From positions 416,001 to 480,000 of the forward strand of contig CAWDVE010000017.1 in assembly GCA_963805625.1 (NCBI GenBank): DNA of 64,000 bases, given 5' to 3'. Of the stretch, positions 1 to 11,363 are shown piece after piece. Origin of the DNA: an uncultured Candidatus Rokubacteria bacterium (lineage in GTDB: Bacteria > Methylomirabilota > Methylomirabilia > Rokubacteriales > DASRDR01). Within the stretch, counting starts at the first letter, position 1. Each line of letters opens with the position of its first letter. The notes below the pieces were generated by a model, which searched no databases, was not told the DNA's origin, and worked only from the letters and a program-made list of their open reading frames with translations. The translations under genes and the position numbers were made by a program.

Positions 1-437
1 GTCCCCTGGAACGGATGGGCTACGGGGTACTTCAGGTCGCCAGCGAGGGTCCGGAGCGGTGAGACCAGGACAAGGTCGTCAAGCAGATGGCCGCCGCGCC
101 GCCGCGGAACAAGGGAGCCCGTCGGCTCCCCGGATGGCCGGCCGTGTTCGGAGCGGCCTGGGGTGTCCGGAGGCGCCGCGTCCCCGAGTCCGTCGAAGGG
201 CGGGCGCACCGCGCCGGGCTGGGGGTAGTGCGTCAGTTTGAGGGGTAGGCCGACAGGGTGCTGGCCTACTGCCATGACGTGGAGGTGGTGGCGGAAGCGC
301 CTATACATTGCGCCCCCAGAAGAGCGGGCACGTTCCCTGGCATTTGCAGTCAGGATGGGGTTCGCGATCGGTGCCATGATCGGGTTCGTGCTTCTTGCCT
401 GGCTATTCTCGTGCCCCTAGCGTGGCACACTGAGGCT

Positions 438-760
438 ATGACCAAGAGGCCGAAACGTCCCCGCGACATCGCCCAGGCATCGTGAACCAGCCGATTACTG
501 GGAACCCCGACCAGGCCCACGTCTCCACCAGCTACGTCGAACGCCAGAACCTGACCATGCGGGTGAGCATGCGGCGGTTCACCCGCTTGACCACTGCCTT
601 CTCGAAGAAGGTCGAGAACCACACGGCAGCCGTGGCCTTCTATTTCATGTAGTACAACTTTGCCCGCATTCACCAGACCTTGCGGGTGACCCCGGCCATG
701 GAGGCAGGGGTGGCCGATCACGTCTGGTCAGCAGCCGAAATCGTCGCCCTGGCAAGGTGA
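438..760 (+). pseudogene. IS1-family transposase remnant (C-terminal part), internally deleted, with an in-frame stop
   Basis: 482-760 translates as ..[79 protein letters not shown].., an IS1-like transposase C-terminus, with TAG at 650-652. It is preceded by a truncated small ORF, MTKRPKRPRD (438). Confidence 0.75.
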
Positions 761-775
761 CGCACCAACCGGGCT

Positions 776-814
776 GGGTGTCACCTTGACACCCCCGGAG
801 ACCCATAGTAGCGT
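776..814 (+). promoter_or_regulatory. sigma70-type promoter of the liv operon with an overlapping palindromic operator
   Basis: TTGACA (786-791), 17 bp spacer, TAGCGT (809-814). Inverted repeat GGGTGTCA-CCT-TGACACCC (776-794) covers the -35. Confidence 0.6.
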
Positions 815-967
815 ACCGTCCCACTTGATTCCCCGGGCAGTGCTGCCCAGGGACAGACAGATCCAGATTCAAGCAGGTAGGGAAGCCGAGGTCCGAGACG
901 AGCCGGGCCGCATCGACCCGACTCACAACGGTCTAGCCTTGACGTGTTACGTAGGAGGAGGTCGGTT

Positions 968-2236
968 ATGCAAGGATGGAAGTGGATGGGGATGGCCGGT
1001 ATGGCGGCGCTCGTCATGGCGCTTGCCGCACCCGCCGATGCACAGCAGTGCCCGAAGGGCAAGCTTCGGATCTACACTTCATGGCCCATGCAGGGGTCCC
1101 AGCTCGCCGAGGGGACCGGCATGAAGAATGGCGTCGAGATGGCCGTGGGTGAGGTCGGCGGTGTCGTGGGCGGCTATTGCCTGGAGGTCGTTGGCCTCGA
1201 CGATGCTTCTCCGCAAACCGGCTCGTGGGACGGTGCGGTCGAGGCCGAGAACGCCAACAAGGCGGTGGGGGACCAGCAGGCCATCGCGTACATCGGGACG
1301 TACAACTCGGGCGCGGCCAAGATCTCGATGACGATCACCAACCGGGCCCACATGGCGCAGGTCTCTCCGGCCAACACGTATCCCGGGCTGACCCGGAAGA
1401 GTGGGGCGGCCCCCGGGGAGCCCGAGATCTACCGGCCGATGGGGTTTGTGAACTACTTCCGCGTCGTGCCGCCCGACGACATTCAGGGCGCCGTCGGCGC
1501 CAAGTGGGCGAAGCAGCTCGGTGCCAAGAAGGTGTTCATCCTCGACGACCAGCAGCTCTACGGGAAGGGCATCGCGGACGTCTTCGAGGCGACAGCGAAG
1601 AAGCTCGGTCTCCAGGTGGTCGGCCACGAGGGCATCGACGTGAAGCAGTCGGACCAGAAGCCCGTGCTGACCAAGATCCGGGCGGCCCAGGCCGACACGG
1701 TGTACATGGGCGGCGTCGTCGACTCGGGCGCTCAGATCGTCATCCGCCAGATGAAGGACCTCGGCCTCGTGGCGGCTCGCGGCGTCCGGTTCATCGGACC
1801 CGACGGTCTCTACGAGGAGGAGCTGCTCAAGGGCGCCACGTGTGACGCCGCGCTGGCCACCGAGCTGCGAGTGACCTTCGCGAGCCTGCCTTTCGAGAAG
1901 ATGACGGGGGCCGGGGGAAAGACGTACGAGAACTACAAGAAGAAGTACGGGAAGGAGCCGACGGCGTACGCGCTCTACTCGACCGAGGCGGCGCGCATCA
2001 CCGTCGAGGCCATCAAGCGCGCCATCCCGGAGATCGACAAGGCCACAGATGTCACCGCCAAGCGGGAGGCGGTCCGGAAGGCGATGGCCGGCATCAAGGA
2101 CTTCGACGGGCTCAACGGCAAGTGGAGCTTCGACGAGAACGGAGACACGAACCTCGAGACCATGTCTGGCTTCCAGGTCGTGAAGGCCGACAACCCGATG
2201 GGCTGCACCTTCAAGTTCGTCTCGATTCTCGAGTAG
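968..2236 (+). CDS. livK: branched-chain amino acid ABC transporter substrate-binding protein (LivJ/K family)
   Basis: AGGAGG RBS, Sec signal peptide (..APADA), family motifs GTYNSG and YFRVVPPDDIQG; first gene of a liv operon. Confidence 0.9.
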   Translation: MQGWKWMGMAGMAALVMALAAPADAQQCPKGKLRIYTSWPMQGSQLAEGTGMKNGVEMAVGEVGGVVGGYCLEVVGLDDASPQTGSWDGAVEAENANKAVGDQQAIAYIGTYNSGAAKISMTITNRAHMAQVSPANTYPGLTRKSGAAPGEPEIYRPMGFVNYFRVVPPDDIQGAVGAKWAKQLGAKKVFILDDQQLYGKGIADVFEATAKKLGLQVVGHEGIDVKQSDQKPVLTKIRAAQADTVYMGGVVDSGAQIVIRQMKDLGLVAARGVRFIGPDGLYEEELLKGATCDAALATELRVTFASLPFEKMTGAGGKTYENYKKKYGKEPTAYALYSTEAARITVEAIKRAIPEIDKATDVTAKREAVRKAMAGIKDFDGLNGKWSFDENGDTNLETMSGFQVVKADNPMGCTFKFVSILE

Positions 2237-2242
2237 ACCTCT

Positions 2243-2283
2243 TCGGGGAGGATCGCCTGGCAGTCCCGGGCGATCCTCCCCGA
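2243..2283 (+). other. intercistronic stem-loop (likely mRNA stabiliser after the binding-protein gene)
   Basis: Perfect 15-bp stem TCGGGGAGGATCGCC/GGCGATCCTCCCCGA with no U-tract. Confidence 0.6.
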
Positions 2284-2302
2284 CGGTCGCCCTGACGCCG
2301 CG

Positions 2303-3241
2303 ATGGACTGGTACCTCGTTCTCATCCAGCAGAGCATCAACGGGCTCACGCGCGGCTCGCTCTTTGCCCTGGTGGCGCTCGGCTACACGATGGTGTACGG
2401 CGTCATCGAGCTGATCAACTTCGCCCACGGCGACGTGTTCATGCTGGGCCTGTTCATCTCTCTCCTGTACTTCACGCTCATTGGCATCACCCGTCCGCTC
2501 CACGGCTTGGAGTTCGCCACGGTCCTTCCGGTCATCCTTCTCGCCACCATGGCCACGACTGGGTTCATCAACGCGGGCATCGACCGGCTGGCGTACCGGC
2601 CGCTGCGTCGCGCGCCCCGGCTGGCTCCCCTCATCACCGCGATCGGCGTCTCCTTCATGCTCGAGAACGTCGCGCTGATCTGGAAGGGGCCAACACCGGT
2701 CCCGTATCCCGACATCTTCCCGTCCGTGGACGTGTTGCGGGACTGGTTCGGAATCGACACGCTCCTCTACGTTACCTTGAAGGATCTCGTGGTCGTCGCG
2801 CTTACCGTTCCCCTCATGCTGGCGCTCCAGTACTTCGTCAAGCGGACGACGTGGGGCAAGGCGATGCGCGCGACCGCCCAGGACCGCGAGACCGCCCTCG
2901 CCATGGGCATCAACGTGGAGAAGACCATATTCATGACGTTTTTCATCGGCGGCGCGCTTGCCGGGGCAGCTGGACTCATCCAGGGCCTCTATCACAACAT
3001 CGGCCAGTGGCAGATGGGCTATCAGGCGGGCCTCCTCGCCTTCACGGCGGCGGTGTTGGGCGGGATCGGAAACCTCCCCGGCGCGACGCTGGGCGGGTTC
3101 GTGATCGGCTTCCTCTCGGCCTGGAGCGACCAGTACGTCTCCGCCAGGTGGACGAACGCCATCGTCTTCGCGATCCTCATCCTGATCCTGGTGTTGCGCC
3201 CCCACGGACTCCTGGGTGAACAGACGCCCGAAAAGGCCTGA
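2303..3241 (+). CDS. livH: branched-chain amino acid ABC transporter permease
   Basis: ALGYTMVYGVIELINFAHG, GKAMRATAQD and AAVLGGIG motifs. Confidence 0.92.
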   Translation: MDWYLVLIQQSINGLTRGSLFALVALGYTMVYGVIELINFAHGDVFMLGLFISLLYFTLIGITRPLHGLEFATVLPVILLATMATTGFINAGIDRLAYRPLRRAPRLAPLITAIGVSFMLENVALIWKGPTPVPYPDIFPSVDVLRDWFGIDTLLYVTLKDLVVVALTVPLMLALQYFVKRTTWGKAMRATAQDRETALAMGINVEKTIFMTFFIGGALAGAAGLIQGLYHNIGQWQMGYQAGLLAFTAAVLGGIGNLPGATLGGFVIGFLSAWSDQYVSARWTNAIVFAILILILVLRPHGLLGEQTPEKA

Positions 3242-3259
3242 CCCGGGCTCCCGCGAGCG

Positions 3260-5262
3260 ATGAGCGCCCAGAGCGCAGTGACCGCGGGCGGGGCCGCCCG
3301 GCGGGCCCTCCCGGCGAGCCTGCTGGTTGCCGTCCTCCTGGTCTATCCGTTCCTCGATCGCGCGCTCCAGGCCCAGACGGTCTACGCTGTCACCGACGCG
3401 ATGATCTACGTCCTCCTCGCGCTTGGCCTCAACATCGTTGTCGGCTACGCGGGGCTCCTTGACCTCGGCTACGCGGCGTTCTTCGCGATCGGCGCGTACG
3501 CCATGGGGCTGCTCAACTCGCCCCTCTTCGGGTCACCGCTCCACGGCCACCGGTGGAGCTTCTGGGTGATCATCTGGGTCTCGGCTCTCGTGGCCGCGCT
3601 GTTCGGAGTGCTGATCGGAGCTCCCACCCTTCGTGTCCGGGGCGACTATCTGGCCATCATCACGCTGGCCTTCGGCGAGATCATCCCGGTGGCCATCCGG
3701 AGCATGGGCGACATCACGATCCAGGTCGGCTCCTGGCGGCCGGTCGAGCGCCTGAACCTGACGGGCGGAGAGAACGGGGTCAACCCCGTCGGGCGGCCCT
3801 ATTTCCCGGGCGTGGACTTCGACCGCGATGCCATTCCGTGGTACTTCCTGATCCTGATCATCGGCGCGATATCCCTCTGGGCGATGAACCGGATGCGGGA
3901 CTCGCGACTCGGCCGTGCGTGGATGGCAATCCGGGAGGACGAGACCGCGGCCGGCTGCATGGGCGTGAACCCCGTCAAGACCAAGCTCCTGGCCTTCGGG
4001 CTCGGTGCCTCCTTCTCGGGGTTCGCGGGGTCGTTCTACGCCGCCAAGCTCCAGGCGATCACCCCGGGCGCCTTCCAGTTCAGCGTGTCGATCATGCTGC
4101 TCTGCATGGTCGTGCTCGGTGGCATGGGGAGCCTCAAGGGCGTGATCCTGGGGGGCATGCTGATCACCCTTTTCGACCGGATCCTCCTGGCCCAGATGAC
4201 CGTGGGCGTCCGGGCGATCGGACGCGCGGTGGGTAGCGCAACGCTCTCCACGCTGGACCTTACGATCTGGCGCTGGTTCTTCTTCGGCCTCGGACTGGTC
4301 GTCGTCATGGTGTTCAAGCCGGAGGGCTTGGTCGGGCGCCGCATCCGGCCGCCCGCCGCGGACGTGGACGACGAGGAAGAGGCGCTGGTGCTCGCCGCCG
4401 CCCCGCCGCCGCCGCAGGCGGAGAGCATCCCGGCGTGGCTCCGGGAGCGGGTGGCCGCCCGCGCAGAGAGCGCGGAGCAGCACCCGATCCTCGAGGTACG
4501 AGGCGTCACCAAGGCTTTTGGCGGCCTGGTGGCAGTGAACCAGGTGGACCTGGTGATCCCGCGGGGTGCTATCGTCGGGCTGATCGGGCCGAACGGCGCG
4601 GGGAAGACCACGTTCTTCAACCTCGTCACCGGGCTCATGGCGCCCGACCAGGCTGAGATCCGGCTCGATGGACAGAGCGTCGTGGGCCTCCGTCCCCACG
4701 CCCTGGTGGGGCGGGGGATCGCGCGGACCTTCCAGTCCATCCGGCTCTTCCAGAACATGACGGTCCTCGAGAACATCCTGGTCGGCGAGCACTGTCGCCT
4801 CTCGGCGTCGGTCGCTGGCGCGGTCTTCCGGCCGCCCGCGGTGCGGGCCGAAGAGTCGCAGGCTCGGGCCCGGGCTCGGGAGCTCCTCGAGTTCGTCGGC
4901 CTCGGTGGCAAGGACGACGAGGTAGCGAAGAACCTCCCCTACGGCGACCAGCGCCGGCTGGAGATTGCCCGGGCGCTGGCGACCCAGCCCCGGCTTCTCC
5001 TTCTCGACGAGCCGACTGCTGGGATGAACCCTCGCGAGACCGAGACCCTGACGGAGTTCATCGGCCTCCTGCGCCAGGAGCTCGGCCTCTCGGTGCTGCT
5101 CATCGAGCACCACATGGAGGTCGTGATGGGGATCTCGGACCGGATCACGGTGCTGGACTACGGAACTCGCATCGCGGAGGGATCGCCGGCCCAGATCCAG
5201 CGGGACCCGAAAGTGATCGAGGCCTATCTCGGGAAGGGGTACGAGGCGGAGCCCGCGGCGGT

Positions 5263-5266
<4 letters not shown>
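3260..5266 (+). CDS. fused LivM permease / LivG ATP-binding protein
   Basis: N-terminal LivM motifs (GLLDLGYAAFF, RGDYLAIITLAFGE); C-terminal ABC domain (GPNGAGKTT, LPYGDQRR, LLLDEP, IEHHM). Confidence 0.9.
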
Positions 5267-5991
<725 letters not shown>

Positions 5992-5997
5992 TGCGCA

Positions 5998-6453
5998 ATG
6001 GGCAGCGGCCCCGTCCACTTCGAGGAGTTCGAGGTCGGCGCGCGCTATCGCACGCTCGGGCGGACCGTCTCCGACTTCGAGATTCTCCAGTTCGTCACGC
6101 TGACCGGCTTCACGGAGCCGCTCTTCATGGACATGGAGTACGTCCGCCGGGAGAGCGTGTTCGGCACGCGGGTGGCGCCGGGCGTGCTCACGTTCGGGCT
6201 AGCCGAGGGACTGACGCTCCAGACCGGGATCCTCCACGGAACCGGTCTCGCGCTCCTGTCCTACGATGTCCGGGTGCTCGCTCCGGTGCTGGCCGGCGAC
6301 ACCATCTCGGTGGAGATCGAGGTGCTCGACCGGCGCGAGACGCGGAAGCCCGACCGCGGCATCGTGACCTTCCGCCACCGGATCACCAACCAGCGAGGGG
6401 AGCCGGTCATGGAGGCCACGATCGTCCGGATGATCAAGCGGCGGTCCCCGTGA
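5998..6453 (+). CDS. MaoC/PaaZ-like hot-dog fold dehydratase
   Basis: HFEEFEVG..GRTV..PLFMD..APVLAGDTI..RGIVTF pattern. Confidence 0.8.
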   Translation: MGSGPVHFEEFEVGARYRTLGRTVSDFEILQFVTLTGFTEPLFMDMEYVRRESVFGTRVAPGVLTFGLAEGLTLQTGILHGTGLALLSYDVRVLAPVLAGDTISVEIEVLDRRETRKPDRGIVTFRHRITNQRGEPVMEATIVRMIKRRSP

Positions 6454-7655
6454 CGCCGGCGGGCGCCCGTCTGGCGCGCACCGCCGACGTGGTGATTATC
6501 GGGGGTGGGGTCACCGGTTGCTCGATCGCGTTCCACCTCGCCGAGCAGGGGGTGCGCGACATCCTCGTCCTCGAGCGACGGTTCCTGGCGTCCGGTGGCA
6601 CGGGCCGCTCCGTGGGGGTCATGCGGCAGCTCTATCCCACCGATGCGAGCTCGCGCATGGTGCTGCACTCGCTCCGCGTGTTCCAAGACTTCCGGGAGAT
6701 CACCGGGGGCGGCGACGCGGGGTACGTCCAGTGTGGCGCGCTCCTCGCGGTGGGCCTCGGCCAGCGCGACGCGCTCGCGCGAACCGTGGAGGCCCAGCGC
6801 GGGCTGGGCATCGACACGCGGCTGATCGGCCCCGACGACATCCGCGAGCTCGATCCGCGGATCGACCCCTTCGCCGTGGGGGCAGCGGTCTGGGAGTCCG
6901 AGTCGGGCTACGGCGATCCGACCGGCGTGACCGCCGGTTTCGCGCGAGGCGCCGCGCGAGCCGGTGTCGTCATCGAGCAGGGGGCCGAGGTCGTCGCCCT
7001 CGAGGTCGCGAGTGCTGCGATCGAGGCGGTCCGCCTGGCGAGCGGCCAGCGCGTCGCCGCGCGAGTCGTCGTGAACGCCGCCGGCCTGTGGTCGCCGGTG
7101 GTCGCGTCGCTCGCCGGAGTGACCCTGCCCATCATCGTGGGCCGTCATCCCGTCTTCGTCGTCCAGCGCGCGCCGGAGTTCGGGCGCCCCCATCCGGTCT
7201 ATCTCGACCTGGCGAGCGGGACGTTCCTCCGTCCCGAGACCGGGAGGCTCACGCTCACCGGATTCCTCGACGCGGACGAGCCGAACCATCCGCTGGATCC
7301 TGAGGCGCTCGGAAGCGACGTAGGCTTCGACGAGGTCGCCCGGATCATGGAGCGCGCCAGCCGTTGCATGCCGGCGCTCGGGGAGGCCCGCTATCAGCGG
7401 GGGTACGCGGGCGCCTTCGACATCACCCCGGACTGGATGCCGGTCCTTGACCAGACCCCGGTCCGCGGCCTGTACGTCGCGGCCGGCATGTCGGGCCACG
7501 GCTTCAAGCTCTCGCCGGCCGTGGGCCGGATGATGGCGGACCTGATCACCCGGGGACGCTCGGACCTGGCCGACCTGCGGGCCTTCCGGCTCGATCGCTT
7601 CGCCGCCGCGCCGCACGACGCCGGCGGCGCCTTCTCGCACTCCTATCTCCACTGA
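6450..7655 (+). CDS. FAD-dependent oxidoreductase (DAO / sarcosine oxidase beta-like)
   Basis: GTG overlaps the upstream stop; VVIIGGGVTG Rossmann motif, TGRSVG, DITPDWMP, GMSGHGFK. Confidence 0.88.
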   Translation: MTPAGARLARTADVVIIGGGVTGCSIAFHLAEQGVRDILVLERRFLASGGTGRSVGVMRQLYPTDASSRMVLHSLRVFQDFREITGGGDAGYVQCGALLAVGLGQRDALARTVEAQRGLGIDTRLIGPDDIRELDPRIDPFAVGAAVWESESGYGDPTGVTAGFARGAARAGVVIEQGAEVVALEVASAAIEAVRLASGQRVAARVVVNAAGLWSPVVASLAGVTLPIIVGRHPVFVVQRAPEFGRPHPVYLDLASGTFLRPETGRLTLTGFLDADEPNHPLDPEALGSDVGFDEVARIMERASRCMPALGEARYQRGYAGAFDITPDWMPVLDQTPVRGLYVAAGMSGHGFKLSPAVGRMMADLITRGRSDLADLRAFRLDRFAAAPHDAGGAFSHSYLH

Positions 7656-7737
7656 TTGGCCACGCGCCCCTGGGGCGGGCAGCTGGCCGACGCGAGGTTT
7701 CCGGCGCTCGGGCCGTCGGGGGTAGAGTGGGGCGCGC

Positions 7738-9561
7738 ATGCAGACGGCCGTGGTACCCCCCCTCGCCGCCGCGCGCCCCAGGATCGGGGCGGCTCTGCTG
7801 GTCCCGATGGCTCTTGCCGCGGCGGCCGCGGTGGCCTTCCTCCCGATCCTCGGGAACGGTTTTGTCGACTGGGACGACACGCGGAATTTCCTCGGCAACC
7901 CCCACTATCGCGGACTCGGGTGGACCCAGCTCCGGTGGATGGCGACCGAGAGCCACCACGGGCACTTCGTCCCGCTGGCGTGGCTCACCCTCGCGCTCGA
8001 CTACGTCGTCTGGGGGATGAAGCCCGCAGGCTACCACCTGACCAGCCTCGTAATACATGCGGCGGCGACGGCCGTCTTCTACTTCGTCGCGCGGGCGCTG
8101 ATCGTCCGAGCCACGCCCGTGGCGGCGGGCGCGGCGACGACGGGCGCGGCGGCGGCGGCATTGCTCTTCGGGCTCCACCCATTGCGGGTCGAGTCCGTCG
8201 CCTGGGCGACCGAGCGCCGGGACGTCCTCTTGGGCCTGTTTTTTCTCCTGACCGTGCTCGCCTACGTGCGATCAACCGCCGCCACGGGAGCACGCCGGCG
8301 CTGGCTTCTCGGCGCGTCGGTCGCCGCGCACCTGGCGGCGCTCTTGTCCAAGTCGATCACCATCACGGCGCCGCTCGTGCTGGTCCTGCTGGATATCTAT
8401 CCGCTCAGACGCCTTCCCGGCGCCTCTAACCGGTGGGCCTCCAGGTCGGCGGCGCGGGTCCTGGGCGAGAAGCTGCCCCACGCGGCGCTGAGTGCGGCGC
8501 AGGCGCTCCTGACCTACCAGTTCTTCCGGGCCGACTTCGGCGCCGTCGGACGGCTTCTCCACTGGCACGAGGGCTTGGCCCGCATCCTGCTGAGCCTCTG
8601 GTTCTATCCGCTGAAGACGCTGGTCCCGGTCGGCCTCTCGCCCCTCTACGAGGCGCCGGTGAGCCCCAGCCTGATCGACCCCTCGGTGCTGTGGGCCGCG
8701 ACAGGGATCACCCTCGTCACGGCCCTCGGGTGGCTGCTCCGGCACCGCTGTTCTGGCGTCGCCACGGCCTGGGCCTCCTACATCATCATGCTCGCGCCCG
8801 TGTCGGGTGCCGCGTCGCTCGGGCATCACCTCACGGCCGACCGGTACAGCTACCTCCCGTGTCTCGGCTTCGCGGTCCTGGCGGGGGGGCATCACGCTCG
8901 CCCTGAACACGCCCACGCGCCGGCCGGCCCGGCGCTGGATCGTCCCGCTGGTGCTGGGAGTAACGACGGTCGCGGTCGTCGGGCTGGGCGTACTCACGTG
9001 GCGGCAGGCGCGGGTCTGGCGTGACACGGCGAGCCTCTGGGGGCAAGCGGTGCGGGCGACCCCCGGCTGCGTGATCTGCCAGGTGAATCTTGGGCACCAG
9101 TTTCTGGAGGCAAGCGCGCCGGACGCCGCTCTCGGGCACTTCCGCCGGGCGCTCGTGCTCCAGCCGAACCGCGCTGAGACCTATCGGAGCCTCGGCCTGG
9201 CCCTCGAAGCGCTAGGTCGCCGCGACGAGGCCGTCGACGCCTACCGGGGGGGCTCGCGCTCGCGCCCCATGGCCTGGCCGTTTGGCTCTCGCTCGCCACC
9301 GCGTTGCTCGCCGCTGGCCACCTCGAGCAGACGGTCGGCGTGGTCGACGGGGCGTGGCGCTTCCACGAGCCCACGGCGCTCCTGCATTACTTCGAGGACG
9401 TGGTGCGCCACAAGCCGGACGCACCAGTGCCGCGGTTTGGGCTCGTTCGAGCCTGGCGCGCCCTCGGAGAACGGGAGCGGGCTCGGTCCGAACTCGAAGT
9501 CCTCCGCCGGCTCCACCCAGGTCTCGCGGGCCTGGTCGTCGCGGCGGGTGAGCTGTCGTGA
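7738..9561 (+). pseudogene. TMTC-like membrane glycosyltransferase with TPRs, broken by two frameshifts (possibly assembly errors)
   Basis: GFVDWDD, HPLRVESVAWATERRD, ADRYSYLP. Homology to the downstream paralog continues across frame changes at G7 runs 8883-8889 and 9246-9252. Confidence 0.75.
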
Positions 9562-11363
9562 GGGGGATCCCCGGCTCCCTCCCGGCGTGGCGTGGCTGGG
9601 CGCCCGGTCTTGCCGTGGCCGCCGTGACGGCGCTCGTCTTTTCGCGGTCGGTCGGGCTCGGGTTCGTCGCGTGGGACGACGAGATCCTTCTCGCCTCGAA
9701 CCCGGCGTTCCGAGGCCTCGGCTGGGAGCAGCTGCGATGGATGGCCGAGAACGCATTACTCGGGCACTGGGTGCCGCTCACGTGGCTGTCCTTCGCCCTC
9801 GACTACGCTGTCTGGGGGCTCCGCCCCGCCGGCTACCATCTGACGAACGTGCTGCTCCACGCGGTGAACGCCGGGCTCGCCTACGCCCTGGCGGACCAGC
9901 TCCTCCAGAGGGCGACGCCATGGCCGGCCCGCGTCTGCCGGCTCGGCGGAGTGGCGGCCTCGCTCCTCTGGGCTCTCCACCCCATGCGCGTCGAAGCGGT
10001 CTCGTGGCTGACCGGACGGCGCGACGTTCTCTCCGGGTTCTTCCTGCTCCTGACGGTCCTGGCGTACGTTCGGGCCACGGAGACGGAGGAGCGCCGTCGC
10101 GTGTGGCTTCTTGCCTCCCTCTTCACCTACGTTCTGGCCCTCGGCTCGAAGGCGGTCGTGATGGTCCTGCCCGCGGCTCTTGCCGCGCTGGAGTGGTACC
10201 CACTCGGCGGCCTCGGTGGGAGGCGACGCGACGGGCACGATCGGTGGCGCGCGGGCGCCTGGTCGCGCCTCGCGCCGTTCGGGGTTCTTGCGGCTCTCGC
10301 GGCGGTCGTGTCATACGTGACCCAGGGCCGGGGCTCGGGCGTTCGCGTCCTCGGCATCGCCGAGTGGCTCGGGACGCTCACCGGCACGCTGGGGATCCAG
10401 CTCTCGAAGACCCTGCTCCCGGTCGGACTCTCGCCACTCTACGAGATGCCGCCGCTGATCGACCTGCGCGCGCCGCGGTACTGGGTGGCCGCCCTCGCCG
10501 CGGCGACGATCACCGTTGCCGTCGTGAGGCTCTGGCGGCGCGGGCCAGCGGGGCTCGTGGCCTGGGTGTGGTTCCTGGGGTTCCTGGCGCCGGTCACGGC
10601 GATGGCCCACGCGGGCCCACAGCTGACCGCCGACCGTTATGGCTACCTCCCCGCGCTGAGTCTTTCGGTGCTCGCGGGAGCGTTCGTGGCGACCGCCGCC
10701 CGGCCTGGCTGGATGCTGACCGGTGCGGGCGCCGCCGTGGCCCCGACCACGCTCGTGGTGCTCGTCGGCCTGGCCGGGCTCAGCTGGCAGCAGCAGGGTG
10801 CCTGGCAGGACAAGGGCACCCTGTGGGCGCACGCCGTACGCGTGACGCCCGAGTGCGTGCGCTGCCACGTGAACCTCGGTAACTGGCTTGGGGACCAGGG
10901 GCGGCTGACCGAGGCGATCGCCCACTACGACCGCGCGCTCGAGCTCGACCCGCGACGGGTCGAGCTCCACGCCAACGCCGGGCTCGCTCTCGCGCGCCTA
11001 GGCCGTTTCGGCGAGGCGGTGTCCCGATACGAGAGCGTGCTGGCCCGCTATCCCGACCGAGTGGGCGTTCGAGTGAGCCTGGCGGTGGCCCTCGTCGCCG
11101 TCGATCGCGTGCTGGAGGCTGTCGGGCGTCTCGAGGAGGCGGCTCGATTCAGTTCACCGGCCGCACTGGTCGACTACTTCCAGCAGCTCACGGACGCCCA
11201 GCCCGGCGCACCGATCCCACGGCTCGGCCTCCTCCAGGCCTACGCTCGCGTCGGGGATGGCGTTCGGGCGCGTGAGGCCCATGAGACGCTTGCGAGGCTC
11301 CACCCCGCGCTGGCCGTCGCGAGTCACGCTGAGGCGACGGGCTCCCGCGCCACCCGGCCGTGA
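9558..11363 (+). CDS. TMTC-like (GT-C) membrane glycosyltransferase with C-terminal TPRs
   Basis: GFVAWDD, HPMRVEAVSWLTGRRD, ADRYGYLP, multiple TM segments, TPR repeats (HVNLGNWL..EAIAHYDRALELDP). Confidence 0.8.
   Translation: MRGIPGSLPAWRGWAPGLAVAAVTALVFSRSVGLGFVAWDDEILLASNPAFRGLGWEQLRWMAENALLGHWVPLTWLSFALDYAVWGLRPAGYHLTNVLLHAVNAGLAYALADQLLQRATPWPARVCRLGGVAASLLWALHPMRVEAVSWLTGRRDVLSGFFLLLTVLAYVRATETEERRRVWLLASLFTYVLALGSKAVVMVLPAALAALEWYPLGGLGGRRRDGHDRWRAGAWSRLAPFGVLAALAAVVSYVTQGRGSGVRVLGIAEWLGTLTGTLGIQLSKTLLPVGLSPLYEMPPLIDLRAPRYWVAALAAATITVAVVRLWRRGPAGLVAWVWFLGFLAPVTAMAHAGPQLTADRYGYLPALSLSVLAGAFVATAARPGWMLTGAGAAVAPTTLVVLVGLAGLSWQQQGAWQDKGTLWAHAVRVTPECVRCHVNLGNWLGDQGRLTEAIAHYDRALELDPRRVELHANAGLALARLGRFGEAVSRYESVLARYPDRVGVRVSLAVALVAVDRVLEAVGRLEEAARFSSPAALVDYFQQLTDAQPGAPIPRLGLLQAYARVGDGVRAREAHETLARLHPALAVASHAEATGSRATRP

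Noticed and set aside
1-437. Short ORFs at the window start
   Set aside because: No RBS, motif or homology recognised.
650-652. Pyrrolysine or stop read-through at in-frame TAG/TGA codons (also 20667, 20712)
   Set aside because: The stops occur in truncated, decayed genes, and no recoding machinery or SECIS is seen.
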